From contig OX597814.1 of the NCBI GenBank assembly GCA_951406725.2, positions 92,256,001 through 92,320,000 on the forward strand: DNA of 64,000 bases, given 5' to 3'. This DNA is from Octopus vulgaris. Taxonomy: Eukaryota. Position numbers and translations under genes: made by a program. This document shows, one piece after another, positions 15,017 through 29,007 of the stretch. The notes beneath the pieces are model-generated. The model was not told the DNA's origin. It ran no database searches and worked only from the letters and a program-made list of their open reading frames with translations. Each line of letters begins with the position of its first letter. Positions within the stretch are counted from its first letter, which is position 1.

Positions 15017-15529
15017 GTGGTGGTGGTAGGTGGTGATGGAAGTGGGGTGGGTGGACATAGAAATAATAATAATGATGACACTAATAATAATAATGATGAT
15101 GATGATGATGATGATAAAAATAATAATGGTGATGGTGTTTATTTTGTATCAACAATGGCACATTAAAAGTATAAATTTCTAACGTGTTGATGGATTTTAT
15201 AAATATAGCAAGCAGCCACAGATAACTACAAGTAATTTACACATGCACAATAACACTCTGATACGCACACAAACACATACACACACATTACGCACATACA
15301 CACACATCACGCACATGCACACACACTGAGACACACACAAACACAAACACAAACATATATGTAATGCATAGTAATTGTGCCTATAAACGTATTAGTCTGT
15401 CACTTGAGCCTGTCACTAAAGCACTAATAAGTCCAGAACTCCACTATCTACTAAATATAGAATTGCCCTGTATTTCGTGAACTGTGTTGCAAAAGGAATC
15501 AGTAAAACTGCCAAACACTCGAATACGGA

Positions 15530-15960
15530 CTTGCAACAACTTCACCGTTATAAGTAAACAAACAACGAGTTGGTAGAATAGGTACAAACACAGCTGTATA
15601 GAAAGCTTTAAACATATCTCTATAATCCTCTCGAGTCCATTTTTTGCGTTTTGCTTTAGGTGTTATTTTTGGTGGTGTCACTACAGATCTAGGGTTAGGG
15701 TTATTCTGGTTCTGGTTACCTGGTAGTTCGTTTTTATTTTTATTTTAAAGTTTGTTCAAAGCAGCAGATTTTTCGACCCTGTCTGGGTCTCCACTGGGTA
15801 ACGCGGTCTATGTCCCGGGCGATGACCGTTACTGCATGAGTTTTGGCCTATCATTAAAGCATTGACGGTGACAATAGGAGACGGGTCTAGTTGTTCAAGG
15901 TTGACTTTTTGACATGACACCGTTTCCTTGTTCTTCAAATGGATATATTTTTTTTAGGTA
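15530..15960 (-). mobile_element. Probable N-terminal fragment of an R4/Dong-like non-LTR retrotransposon
   Basis: KRKKWTREDYRDMFKAFY resembles the Myb-like N-terminal motif of RLE-type elements. Confidence 0.45.
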
Positions 15961-16131
15961 GCTATGCTTCCGGGATTAAATGTTTAGTGGTATTTTAAAC
16001 TGAATGACTAATTTGCTTCTTTTTATATTTGTTTGTGGGAAGTGAAACACTGGGGTCGATGTAAACGACTGGTTCCCTCACACTAAAATTTCAGGCTTAG
16101 TACCTTTAGTGGAAACGATTATTATTATTAC

Positions 16132-16195
<64 letters not shown>

Positions 16196-16209
16196 ATTAT
16201 TGTTATTAT

Positions 16210-16756
16210 TGAGTGAGGGAGCAGTACATGCCATCTAAGTGACATGGGATAAAATATGCTAAGCCCAGTATACCCATCATGACTACACGTCTGATAAGGC
16301 TACACCAGGCATATGCATCACAATCATATGTGCGCGACATGGTGATCTCATATCAAGATAAACAGTGCATGACCTTATAGGTGGGGCCCAATAAGAATTT
16401 TCTTTTGGTGGAGCAGTCCATCCCACTTAAAAGGTCCTTGAATAAGAGTTGTTTAACGATATTGAACGAAACACCAATGTTTCCAGGGATGAATTATCCA
16501 AACCCCAAAGAATTCCTCTCAACACATGGTTATGATGGTCCCCCACTCCTTCTGCTCGTGATCAGAGACGCACATATTGTCATCCGCCAAGGAATATGCT
16601 CCACTGGCTAAGATCAATCAAATGACAAGTAAATCTGTGGTATTGAGCAGAATATTTGCTGTAGCCCACCTTTTATACCAAGACAAAACAATGTACATGA
16701 TGAAACTTTCAATCAGTTAAGACCAGAGGCCATGAGAGCCATTGCCTGGTACTGCA

Positions 16757-16760
<4 letters not shown>
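16210..16760. repeat. About 540-bp interspersed repeat in (ATT)n, copy 1
   Basis: Collinear with 17010-17532. Confidence 0.8.
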
Positions 16761-16833
<73 letters not shown>

Positions 16834-16834
16834 G

Positions 16835-17010
16835 TAACACAGTGTAGGTAAAAATGCACCGGAGTCTTTAGCCATCAGTCAAGTCACAACAAGGACCTCA
16901 GATAGATAATAGTTTTCTTAACATTGTGCGCTGTGCCCAATAAGGCTGTTGTTTTTGCAAGACATCAATCACTCTTGCATGGGATTTCCAGTTGTCTTAA
17001 GATATCATGT
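16835..17010 (-). mobile_element. R4/Dong-like LINE 3' end
   Basis: Minus strand IDVLQK..ALLGTA..MLRKLLSI*, short UTR, then (TAA)n. Confidence 0.6.
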
Positions 17011-17532
17011 TTGAATGAGAGAACAGTGCATGGCATAAAAGTGACACTGGGGTACAATATACGAAGCCCAGTATACACATCATACCTACCAGTTTGATAA
17101 GGGCATGTGCAGACACATGCATCACAACCATATGTGCGCGACGTGGTGATCTCTTATATGAAGATAAACAGCGCATGACCTTGTAGGTGGGGCCCAGTTA
17201 GAATTCTCTTCAGGTCGAGTAGCCCATCCCACTCAAAAGGTCCCTGAATAAGGGTTGTTTAAGCATGTTGAATGAAACACCCATGTTGCCAAAGGTGAAT
17301 TATCCGAACTCCAAGGAATTCCTCTCAACACGTGGCTAAGATACTCATCCACTACTTCTGCTCGTGATCTGTGATGCACATATCATCACCCACTAAGGGA
17401 CATAACTGATTAAGGTCAAATAATTGACAAGCAAATCTGTCGTATTGAGCAGAATATTTGACGAAGCCCATCTTTTCTACCAAGACAAAACAAAGTGCAT
17501 GTTAACACTTCCAAGAAGCCATGAGAGCCACT
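17010..17532. repeat. About 520-bp interspersed repeat, copy 2
   Basis: Diverged direct copy of 16210-16760. Confidence 0.8.
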
Positions 17533-17737
17533 GGCGAGCTGGCAAAATCGTCAGAACACTGGATGAAGTGATTAGCTCTACTTTACCCCTCGCTACGTTC
17601 TGAGTTCAAATTCCACCGAGGTAGACTTTGCTTTTCATCCTTTCAGGGTCGATAAAATAAGTACCAGTTAAACACTGAGGTAATCGACTTATCCTCTCCC
17701 TTAAAATTGCTGTCCTTGTGGTAATATTTGAAATCAC

Positions 17738-17740
<3 letters not shown>
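17533..17740 (+). mobile_element. SINE family A
   Basis: ggcgagctggcaaaatcgtcag head and central domain; ends in (ATT)n. Confidence 0.7.
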
Positions 17741-17786
<46 letters not shown>

Positions 17787-17789
<3 letters not shown>

Positions 17790-18110
17790 TAGTTTTATTT
17801 TTATATCGTGATTTCGCTTCACTACCGAGCGCAGCTCTGTGTGCCTTAGGTATGTGTTGTGATTTGTTGTGATGTTCCGATGGTTATTGTATGGAAAGTG
17901 TTCTGCGTAGGATGTGTGCAGTGCCTAGTAGTGAAATTTTCTGTATGTTATATGTGTTTGTAAGTCCTGGTGTTTTTGTTATGTATTTATCTGAATATTT
18001 TTTACGATACCTAATGCGCCCACTATGATAGGAACTGTTTCTATTTTTAGATTCCACATTCGAGTTACCTCTATTTCCAGGTCTTTGTATTTTGAAAGTT
18101 CCTCCATTTC
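17787..18110 (-). mobile_element. R4/Dong-like (RLE) LINE 3' end in a (TAA)n array
   Basis: Minus strand KYKDLEIEVTRMWNLKIETVPIIVGALG..IQKISLLGTAHILRRTLSIQ*, then AATAAA and (TAA)n. Confidence 0.8.
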
Positions 18111-18134
18111 TTTTAGAGAAACGTTGTCATCTGC

Positions 18135-18162
18135 TTACTATTATTACTATTATTATTATTAT

Positions 18163-18242
<80 letters not shown>

Positions 18243-18248
18243 TCATCA

Positions 18249-18306
<58 letters not shown>

Positions 18307-18308
18307 TA

Positions 18309-18354
<46 letters not shown>

Positions 18355-18363
18355 TACTACTAC

Positions 18364-18427
<64 letters not shown>
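18135..18427. repeat. Compound (ATT)n/(AGT)n microsatellite
   Basis: Direct reading. Confidence 0.95.
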
Positions 18428-18429
<2 letters not shown>

Positions 18430-18640
18430 GGCGATTAGCTTGCAGAATCGTTATCACGCCGGGCAAAATGCTTAGCGTTATTTTGTACGTCTTTACGTTC
18501 AGGGTACGAATTCCGCCGAGGTTGACGTTGCCGTTCATCCTTTCGGTTTCGATCAAATAAGTACTTGTTGAGCACTGGGAACAATGCAATTGACTTAACT
18601 CACCCCCGAAACTGCTGGCCTTGTGCCAAAATTTGAAATC
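18428..18640 (+). mobile_element. SINE family A, diverged
   Basis: ggcgattagcttgcagaatcgttatcacgccgggcaaaatgc head plus central domain. Confidence 0.7.
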
Positions 18641-19452
18641 ATTATTATTATTTATTAATTTGTAAATGTGGTATTGGTTCATAAAATTTAGTATTACGTT
18701 GTAAAAAAAAAGATACAATTTGGTATGATTTCATTTCGACTCAAAACATTGAATTCTAATCCATTTAGGATCAACAATAAGGTTTCAACGTTCAATAACG
18801 AAAAATGCCTAATATCAAAATAATTGACATTGTGCTCTCCATAAATTGGACTATTTTTAGAACCACAACTCTTATTATAACTGTTCTTGCCGTTACTTTT
18901 CTTTGTTCTGCTATTGTTGCTTTCAACTGTATTCTGAGGAATCTCGTCTTGAAAATATTTGTTTTCTGTTATATAAGTAACATAGTTACATAATTTCTTT
19001 CTCTGATATTTTATTTCTTCCGTGAATGCAGAAATATATATTTAATATTGATGCAGAAATGTTAGTTGGAAATGTTTCCCATAATAGCAGTCTTCTATTA
19101 TTTGCAATAGCAGTCTTCTTGAAATACGAAAACATACATGACGTAATTACCGAAATAATGGCAACAATGCAATTCATAAGAATATGGGGAACTATAAAAT
19201 AGGAACAACGATACTTACATAAGCAGTAATGACGTCAGCAAGAACAATACATGTTGGAACAGTAACGGCGACTATAAATATAAATGGTGACAAATATACA
19301 ATAGTGACATCTGTAACAGGAACAACACAACTAGCACAACAATCAGTTTCCCTCTGTGCAACAGTCGTTCTACATGCAAGAACTACCACCTAAAGTTCAT
19401 TCTAATGACATTTCTTAAATGAAAGGATACACTGAATGATGTGGTTCATATT

Positions 19453-19872
19453 CCTTATTTCTTTACTGCCCACAAGGGGCTACACACAGAGAGGACAAAC
19501 AAGGACAGACAAACGGATTAAGTCAATTATATCGACCCCAGTGCGTAACTGGTACTTATTTAATCGACCCCGAAAGGATGAAAGGCAAAGTTGACCTCAG
19601 CGTAATTTGAACTCAGAACATAGCGGCAGACGAAATACCTATTACTTTACTACCCACAAGGGGCTAAACACAGAGAGGACAAACAAGGACAGACAAACGG
19701 ATTAAGTCGATTATATCGACCACAGTGCGTAACTGGTACTTATTTAATCTTCTCCTAAAAGATGAAAGGTAAAGTCGACCTCGGCGAAATTTGAACTCAG
19801 AACGTAGCGACACACGAAATACCGCTAAGCATTACGCCCGGTGTGCTAACGTTTCTGCCAGCTCGCCGCCTT
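19453..19872 (-). mobile_element. SINE family A with duplicated body
   Basis: Two tandem copies of the central/3' part; head near 19800-19872. Confidence 0.8.
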
Positions 19873-20802
19873 AATATGTAGGAAAGAAGAACAACAGATT
19901 AGATAGTCGTGGCTAAAATGCTTTTGATCGTAGGTGTTGCCTGTTTGATCAGCTCTGAACATGGGTTAAGCAACAAAACCAAGATAGTTACTGAGTTTCT
20001 ATGCAGCCTCTTAACCCACCGGAAGGAAAAGCTAATTCTCTTTCATAACTTACCCAATTGTCTTCGAAGAGAGGAAGTCCATGTTTATGATATAGTTCCA
20101 CATATCCCAAAATAGTGGTGATGGTCACGGCTGGAACGATTTTTGTCACATGTCTAATCGATCATAGAGTTAATATAATAAGCAGCAACAGCGACAGCTC
20201 AACCGGTTTCCTTGTTACAAAGATCATCATAGAACGTCATTTATAAATAAACCACACACACATATACATTCACGCAAACACGCTCAGGCATACACACACT
20301 CATACACACACACACAAACACGCTCGTACACACACACACACACAAACACACACGAACACGCACATGCATACACACCCACAAGCACACACACATACACACA
20401 CACACAAATGCACACACACGTACATACACAAACACACGCACACACACATACACGCACATACACACACCCACACACGCACGCATAACCACATACTCGCAGA
20501 ATGAAAATGAAATATCCCGATTTAAGTAAGGTGATGTACTGAATGACAGATAGACTATTTTGAATTTATTGAAGTCGTAAACGATATCGCCACAACATTG
20601 ATAGTACACACGATAGACATAATAACGAAGCAAAAGACGTTCATAAGCAAATTCACAGGTAATTATATTTGACTTACAGAAAGAAATCATATATTAGTAT
20701 ACAAGAATTCTTTCTCATGGGACCTTATTCACTCCACAATAAACAATTAACAAACTACGAAGAACTCAAAACAGCGATCTCTCTACCATTATTTACTGCA
20801 TA

Positions 20803-21307
20803 CCGTAAATCCTCGAGTATAATCCGCAATTTTTCCCCAAAACTTAATGGTCAAATTCCCTAGTGCGTACTATATACGAGGTTACAGATGAAAACATTTT
20901 CTAAGCCATGTTAGTGTCTCTATTTGCTGTCCGGCAATGTTTATTCAGACCCATTTTGGGATGCCGTGCACGAAAATACCTTTCAGCTAAACCTGAAAGC
21001 AATGAAGTCATAAAAGAATCATCTATATCTTGCAGTAAGCAACATTTAAAATAAAAGTATTCATTACACAGAATAACCTGTAACAAAAATAATTTGCAAA
21101 CATATTTACTTTCCCATATAACAGTTAAGTACATCACCATTATTGTATTAAACATGCGTGGAAGTGTTTGTTCGACTAGGTGCTGCTAGCTTAATTACGC
21201 ACGACTCAAGTTAGTGAAGGGGTGCGTTTTGGTTTTTCAGAGGTACAGCCCCCTAAAAATCCCCTTCGTATTATACTCAAGGGCAGACTATACTCGAGGA
21301 TTTATGG
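20803..21307. mobile_element. pogo/Tigger-like MITE, 505 bp
   Basis: TIR ccgtaaatcctcgagtata / tatactcgaggatttatgg, TA on both sides, no ORF. Confidence 0.8.
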
Positions 21308-22358
21308 TATACGACACGTCAAACAAACTAAACTATAACGCTAACAATAAATTTTAAAAAACGTCTCGACATGGAAGGGGCATCACGGAGCCCTAAACAC
21401 TGCATTTTAAAATCACCAATTCCCCCACCTCACTATGATATATGTACAATACTCCAGAACACTACAGAACTTAAGAACACACTACCTCTCACACTCAGTC
21501 GACGCAAACATATATAAAAGCAAATAATTAAAATAGCAGCGTTGTTGTTACTTTACAATACCAAAATACTATTCTGTTAGAGCAGTGGAGATGCAGCTAT
21601 CGTGTCATCATTGTTGTCAACACCAGACAAACAAAAAGGGAATTGGAGAATTGACACAGTGTAACTTGCACAGAGCGCAACACTGCATGACATACGACTG
21701 GCAATTGTATGTCGAGGCAAAGAGAAAGTCTTTATTAGTCACTTTTATTTGCTAGAGGTGAGAGGTAAATTTCTTAAATTACATATTGTCATCAGGTAAC
21801 ATTCCATAGTGGTTGTTCTGAGTACACATACCCACCAACACTCCAAAAAAGCAAAATGCGTTTGACTGTAACAGGTGTGGTTACAGGATGGCTCCCCAAA
21901 TGGCAGTTAAACAACAACAACATGTCAGAATGTACAGTATGGTTTTTAGAATAACAGAAATAAACCATATCCAAAGCTTCATGACAGAAGCAGTAAAAAA
22001 CATCAACTAAATCTTCTGGGTTTTGATTTCTGATGAAAAATCTCCAAGTAGATTTCGTTTTCTTTTTCTTCGAATTGAAAAACTGATTTATCGTTTGATA
22101 CAAGCACGCAGTTTTATTTAAATCATGCTCACGTTTACCAAGCCACGTGATCGGGTATGTTTTACCATTGATTTAATGTATGAAAATCTTTTTCTCTCAT
22201 TTTCAGTTTTTATTCGTTTCTAATGATACTTGATATTCTCAAAAATTTTTGTTAGATTTCGTATCCAATCCACTTTATCGATTTTGGCATTATTGAATGA
22301 ACATGTTTTTTCTTATTATTGTTATTCTTATTTGTACTCTCTCCTTTTGCATGTGTGC

Positions 22359-22418
<60 letters not shown>

Positions 22419-22809
22419 GTGCATGGGTGTGACGCGTTATATATGAGACTCTAAAGGTGTTTCTGTTAAAGTATAGATATGTGTGGGTAGAGTAATGCTT
22501 GTGCTTGTATGTGTGTGTCTGTTTAAATTTAAAAGATTCTATTGCACACATGCCATAGTGTATTTTATTGATGTGTACTATATGACAATCTCATTAGAGG
22601 TTTTCAGAAAGGGAAAGTTATAGACGTAACACAATACGCAAAAAAATAGTTTCTACTCGTTAACAATTGGAAGCTAATTTTATTATGAAAGATGTATCTG
22701 TATTTTAAAATAGTGTTCAAACTACTTTGTAGTTTCTTCTGAATTTACTCTGTTTCATTGTCTTTTTGATATATTTTTGCTTGATTTTTAATGAAGATAT
22801 AGAATAGTT

Positions 22810-23094
22810 TAGATCAGGCCGAAAATGTCGCTAGAAGCTAGGATCACCAAGCATAGATTGACATATTTTGGCCATATTATGGGGAGAAAATCCCTGGAGA
22901 AGGACATCATGCTCGGAATGGTCAGTGGCAAGAGAGGAAAAGGCCGATCAAGAACCCGCTGGCTTGACACCATCAAGAATGATACCGGAATGGACATAGC
23001 CAATCTGAAAGAAGCGGCCCAGGATAGAACTGACTGGAGGACACTGATCCATCGAGTAAACGAGAGTCGACTTCGACTGAGCGGATAGATAGAT
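22810..23094 (+). mobile_element. 5'-truncated RTE-clade LINE
   Basis: RLTYFGHIMGR..GKRGKGRSRTRWLD..AQDRTDWR C-terminus, short (GATA)n tail, exact 15-bp TSD AGATATAGAATAGTT at 22795-22809 and 23095-23109. Confidence 0.9.
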
Positions 23095-23758
23095 AGATAT
23101 AGAATAGTTACACAAATATACATTTATGAGTATATGAATGTATGTGTATAGTGTATATTTATGTGCGTATGTATGTGTTTCCGCGTAGTCATTAGAAGAA
23201 TCATTAGAGCGCTGAAAAATTGCCTGGCAGCATCTCTTTTGCCACTTCATGTTCAAGGTTCAAATCCCGCTGAAGCCACTCTTTAAATTTTATCTCTCCA
23301 GGATATTTGAAATAGGGTACCAAATAAATACAGGGCCGATGTAATTGGCAAATTTTCACCCGTCAGAATTGCTTATCTTGTGTCTCAATAGGAAACAGAC
23401 GCGCTAGCAGAGTCATTAGAGTGCTGGAAAAATTACTTGACAGCATTTGACCTTGTTTTTTTTTTTTACATTCCGAACTCAAATTCCATCTAAGACGACT
23501 TTTCCTTCCTCCTTTCAGCTGTAAATGAGTAATAACCCTGCTACATACTGGTGTCAAGTTTAGAGGGAATATCGGGATCTGGATCACTTATACGTCATAG
23601 GCCTGGCTGACAAGCTAGTGGAATGGCATCATTTGACAGCTACGACAGTGCATGGAAGCGTATTGTGACCAGCGATGAATAATAACATCTGTTAACCCGC
23701 TCAATATAATAGGTCGTGCTCCAGCATGACCGCAGCCACATGGCTGAAGCTAGTAAAA

Positions 23759-23830
<72 letters not shown>

Positions 23831-23837
<7 letters not shown>

Positions 23838-24137
23838 TTGTATAAAGTCAACATAACGTGACAGTCCCGTAGAGGGAATTACACCACCGCTATATAGCCC
23901 TAGGAAGCATCAACGCTTCCTGTCGGCTTTGACACATTTGCTGTGTCCTTATATTTGCAAAGGGGAGGCAAGCATCCCCATCAGCTAGAACTAGCAGCCT
24001 GGAGACACGCATGTTTCTGGGTCTTTCCCGTCGTCAGTCCAGGGTAGCGTGTCCTCGATGCTTTCTAGGGCCATTTAGCGATGGTGTAATTCCCTCTACG
24101 GCACTGTCACGTTATGTTGACTTTATACAACCACTCT
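23831..24137. mobile_element. Small Penelope-associated-like element with 81-bp inverted arms
   Basis: 23831-23911 pairs with 24057-24137; lies between (TA)n(GA)n and (TA)n; encloses a hammerhead. Confidence 0.75.
23998..24043 (-). ncRNA. Type I hammerhead ribozyme motif
   Basis: Minus strand cctgga-CTGACGA-cgggaaagaccca-GAAA-catgcgtg-TC-tccagg; 6-bp stem I, GUC site, mismatch at base of stem II. Confidence 0.75.
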
Positions 24138-24186
24138 ATCGCTCCACCACCGCTCATGTCTCGTTGAGACATTTAGAAATTCAGTA

Positions 24187-24281
<95 letters not shown>

Positions 24282-24284
<3 letters not shown>

Positions 24285-25128
24285 GGTATGTGTGCATTGT
24301 TTGTTTTTAATTTTGTCGACTACACAGTATAGTAGAGTCAGATGGGCATCGTCTGTGAGAAACCAGTACCATGACGCAATTCACTCTGCCAGAAATTTGG
24401 AAACAACACGCTGTACTGCTTGGTATTCGTGCCGGAAGCTCCAATACGAATATTTCTGAATGTTTGGGTGTCAATCTGAGGACAGTACAATCTGAGGACA
24501 CGTACTGAGAGTGATAAAAACCAACCATCCAGTCAACATCATAGTGTTTGGAGTGATCACTAGTGATGTCAGCGTTATGCGTCCATTCATCTTCGCTCAC
24601 AGCTTCAGAAATAACACGGTGGCCTACATCAGGTGCTGGAAGGATGTAGTGCTGCCCTAGATCAAGAGGGTGGCTTCTGAAAGACCCTATAAGTGGCAAC
24701 GGGACTCAGCACCATGCCACACAAGCAGGAGAATCCATCAATGGCTGTCAGACAATTTCTGCGACCACATCACCCCTAACATCTGGCCACCTAATACCCC
24801 AGACTGCAAACCCCTTGTGTGGGGCGCAGTTGAGCGAGAGACCAACAAAACTTCTTGTAACACCAAAGATGAACTGATGGCAAGGATTATGGCAGCATTC
24901 ATCAACTTAAACAAAGAGACCGTCTAGAAGAGTTGCAGGAGATTCCGAAGAGTTGCAGGAGATTCCGAAGAGTTGCAGGAGATTCCGAAGTCGACTGGTT
25001 GAAGCCAATGGTGATTTTATTGAATAAATTTGCCCTTTAGTATTAAAGATATTTTCATGTAATTTTCGTAAATATATCTGTTAAAATAAGATGCGTAATT
25101 TAGACAACAGTTTATTCACCGCTCCATG
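24282..25128 (+). mobile_element. Deleted maT/DD37D-like Tc1/mariner element
   Basis: WQRDSAPCHTS..WPPNTPDCKPL; TA at both ends; internal 20-bp triplication at 24927-24990. Confidence 0.75.
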
Positions 25129-25284
25129 TATGTGTGTATATGTGTGTATGTGTGTATGTGTGTATGTGTGTGTGCGCGCGCACGACATATGTGTGTGTTT
25201 GTGTGGTGTGTGTGTGTTTGTGTGGTGTGTGTGTGTTTGTGTGGTGTGTGTATTTGTGTGGTGTGTGTGTGTGTGTGTGCATGA

Positions 25285-25680
25285 ATACTCTTTTACTCTT
25301 TTACTTGTTTCAGTTATTTGACTGCGGCCATGCTGGAGCACCACCTTTAGTCGAGCAAATCGACCCCGGGACTTATTCTTTGTAAGCCCAGTACTTATTC
25401 TATCGGTCTCTTTTGCCGAACCGCTAAGTGACGGTGACGTAAACACACCAGCATCGGTTGTCAAGCAATGCTAGAGGAACAAACACAGGCACACAAACAT
25501 ATACATACACATACATACATATATATACGACAGGCTTCTTTCAGTTTCCGTCTACCAAATCCACTCACAAGGCTTTGGTCGGCCCGAGGCTATAGCAGAA
25601 GACATTTGCCCAAGATGCCACGCAGTGGGACTGAACCCAGAACCATGTGGTTGGTAGGCAAGCTACTTACCACACAGCCA
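25285..25680 (-). mobile_element. SINE family B
   Basis: Near full-length reverse copy. Confidence 0.85.
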
Positions 25681-25779
25681 CATATAATGGTTCGATAAGT
25701 TTCACCAAAAATATGGGTTACCCAAGTTTTATAAACTACAAATTAGTGGAATCTATGTCGTGACTTATGTATTATATTG

Positions 25780-25938
25780 AGGCATAGGTGTATGGTAAGT
25801 TGCTTGCTTAACCAAATACATGTTTCTGGGTTCAGCTTCACTGCGTGGCACCTTGAGAAAGTGTCTTCTAGTATGGCCTCGGGCCGACGAAAGCCTTGTG
25901 AGTGAATTTGGTAGATGGAAACTGAAAGAAGCCCGTCG

Positions 25939-26009
<71 letters not shown>

Positions 26010-26210
26010 GTGTGTGTGTCCCACTATCGCTTGACAACCGATGTTGGTGTGCTTTCGTCCCCGTAACATAGCGGTTCGGCAAAAGAGAGTGATAGAATAA
26101 GTAGTAGGCTTACAAAGAATAAGTCCTGGAACCGATTTATTCGACTAAAGGCAGTGCTCCAGCATAGCCGTAGTCAGATGACTGATAAAAATGAAAGAAT
26201 AAAAGAATAA
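25780..26210 (+). mobile_element. SINE family B
   Basis: Full-length forward copy with internal (TG)n, head-to-head with the previous copy. Confidence 0.85.
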
Positions 26211-26470
26211 ATGAATAGACAAAACGCCTTAAAACGTTTAGAATAGTCCAAGCTTCATTTGCCTTAGGCGTTCTTTAGGCTGCACCACAGAAATCGCGTT
26301 GATACATAAAATTCAGATCAGTGATGTAACTCCGACTAATACAAATCTAAGAAAAGACCTTTAGATTGTCAATAATTGCTTTTTGCTGCTTTATACATTG
26401 AGATTGTGCATGGTAGTTTTGAAGATAAAGTGTAGTTTCTCTCGTTTACTTTCTTTTCCTATTTCTCCCC

Positions 26471-26517
<47 letters not shown>

Positions 26518-27156
26518 TACACACACCTCGTTCTAAGGGTTTGAAGCTGACTAAGTTTTAGCGCCTCTGAAATCACAAATATACAAAATGAAGGAAAATG
26601 CATTATCAGTTTTTTTTGTCATTAAATGCCATGACAGTAATATTTCTAAACATGGGTGTTGTTGTAAGCGTGATGCAGAACGGATTTTTAGGGAGGACGA
26701 AAGAAGATTGCTGTGAGTTGAAGATTAGATGTAGTATTTTGATTTCCGAAATGATTTTTCAGATTGGTAGTTCATAAGAATATGTATAATTCATTTGTGG
26801 TAGACTGGGTGTCTACATATATCAGAAGGCTATGGTGTAGCGTGAATGACCTGTATAGGGATGTCGTTGTTCACGTGGTAGAGAGTAAAGTGATGCAAAA
26901 GTTGAATAAAGAAATCAGTTAATTGAGAATAACCATGATTTGTGGTATCTCACGACAAAAACTTGATAAATACGTAGGAGATTTCAAGGGTTTTACCCCC
27001 ATTTTGTATATTTGTGATATCAGAGGTGCTAAAACTTGGTCCCTAAGAACGAAAGTTGTGTGTGTGAGAGAGAGACGTGGGACAGAGAGTTGTGAGAGAG
27101 AAAGACGTGGGAGAAAGAGGAAAAGAAAGTAAAAGAAAGAAAATGATTAATAGAGG

Positions 27157-27570
27157 GCGGCCAGCTGGCAGAAACGTTAGCACCCCGGGCCAAATGCGTA
27201 GCCGTATTTCGTCTGCCGTTACGTTGTGAGTTCAAATTCCGCCGAGGTCGACTTTGCTGTTCATCCTTTCGGGGTCAATAAATTAAGTACTAGTTACACA
27301 CTGGGGTCGATGTAATCGACTTAATCCGTTTGTCTGTCCTTGTTGTCCTCTCTGTGTTTAGCCCCTTGTGGGTTACAAAGGAATAGGTATTTCGTCTGCC
27401 GCTACGTTCTGAGTTCAAATTCCGCCGAGGTCGACTTTGCCTTTCATCCTTTCGGGGTCGACAAATTAAGTACTAGTTACACACTGGGGCCGATGTAATC
27501 GACTTAATCCGTTTGTCTGTCCTTAGTTGTCCCCTCTATGTTTAGCCCCTTGTGGGCAATAAAAAAATAA
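27157..27570 (+). mobile_element. SINE family A with duplicated body
   Basis: B-box-like GAGTTCAAATTCC twice; same layout as 19453-19872. Confidence 0.8.
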
Positions 27571-28127
27571 GAAAATGATTACTAAAAATTTTGTTGGGGG
27601 CTACATTAATTTAGCACTGCATCAGCAAAGTTTTTTAGGGTTGTTTAACTTTCAGCGCTCAATATAAACTGTTGTTTACAAACGTTGAGAAGTTGAACCA
27701 AATCGATGGTGGCTTCATTTTACCTTATTTTTATTTTTATTTTTTTATTTTTTACAGTTAATCTAATTATTGAGTCATGAATTGTTTTACCTAAATAAAT
27801 AAAATAGTCTCCCTGTAACGTATTATATATGGCTCTGAAAAAGAAAATAATTTCTGCCGCAATTTTCTTGCAATATATCGTTTCGGGTTAATGCAACATT
27901 TATTGAATGTTATTTTGATAATTGGTATTTATAGCGTTTATCAAAAGCTTTTCTCGTTTTAGTTGACTTATGTACAAAAAGAATAAAGCAAAACGCATGC
28001 GTACACACATAAACACGCACATAATATCATACACATAATGTCGATTCTACGGACAAATGTAAATATAATTTCCGCTCTAAGAGGAACCAAAAGTTGTTAT
28101 ACAATACTATATACATATATATACACG

Positions 28128-28171
<44 letters not shown>

Positions 28172-28181
28172 TATATATATA

Positions 28182-28611
28182 CTAGCAGCATAGCCCGGCG
28201 TTGCCCGGGTACGTAAGAGCCCCTAGTAGGCAACAACTAATCCCAATCTAGTTCTTTCCCTCTAGGGAACGAAGGCGCATGTGTAGGTTGCAATGTCTTC
28301 TCTTCACTCGAATACTTCTGTGTATACGATGTTCCTGGCTGTCTCCCGATTGCAAGTTGCAAAAACTACAACAGAAAATGTGTTGCATATAAAAAGCTTA
28401 GATTCTCGACCCCATGTCAAATTTATTGATTTTTTCAGAACTGGTGGAACTTTTCAAAACTTTCGCTGCGTTAGTTTTGAATTATGACATTGGGCTATGT
28501 GTGTGTCAAGTTTCATCAGAATCGGTTGAAAGCCGTGATCAGGGTGAGGGTACAACCTGACAGACACACAGACACACAGACAGACAAACTGCCGTTTATA
28601 TATAGAGAAGA
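28182..28611 (-). mobile_element. Non-autonomous Helitron
   Basis: Minus strand 5' TCTTCTCTATATATAAA, subterminal GC hairpin cccggcgttgcccggg, 3' CTAG, A/T insertion site. Confidence 0.8.
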
Positions 28612-28843
28612 TATAGTAAAGCGAGTAGTGACATCAAAGTGGCAGTTGAATGTTACAACTAATTTAACCCCAGGCAGATTCTCCGCCAGCTGATTTTCGA
28701 TGCAGCCGAAAACCATATGTCTGTATGTATTTATGTATTCATACATACATACATACATACATACATACATACATACATACATACATACATACATACATAC
28801 ATACGTACGTACGTACGTACATACAGACAGACAGACAGATAGT

Positions 28844-28927
<84 letters not shown>

Positions 28928-29007
28928 CATACTGCAACTTGTATTACTACCTAAAATCCTTTGTACGATATTTTATTTTCGTGATTTATGTCAATGTTTT
29001 TCGTATA

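Noticed and set aside
18720-19400. Hydrophobic short ORFs suggesting a membrane protein
   Set aside because: Broken by stops; plus strand looks like decayed AAC/AAT-rich repeat; no motif
21540-21960. Possible coding exons
   Set aside because: Frames close quickly and no homology is recognisable
24927-24990. 20-bp unit repeated three times, CRISPR-like at first glance
   Set aside because: No spacers; local slippage inside a transposon
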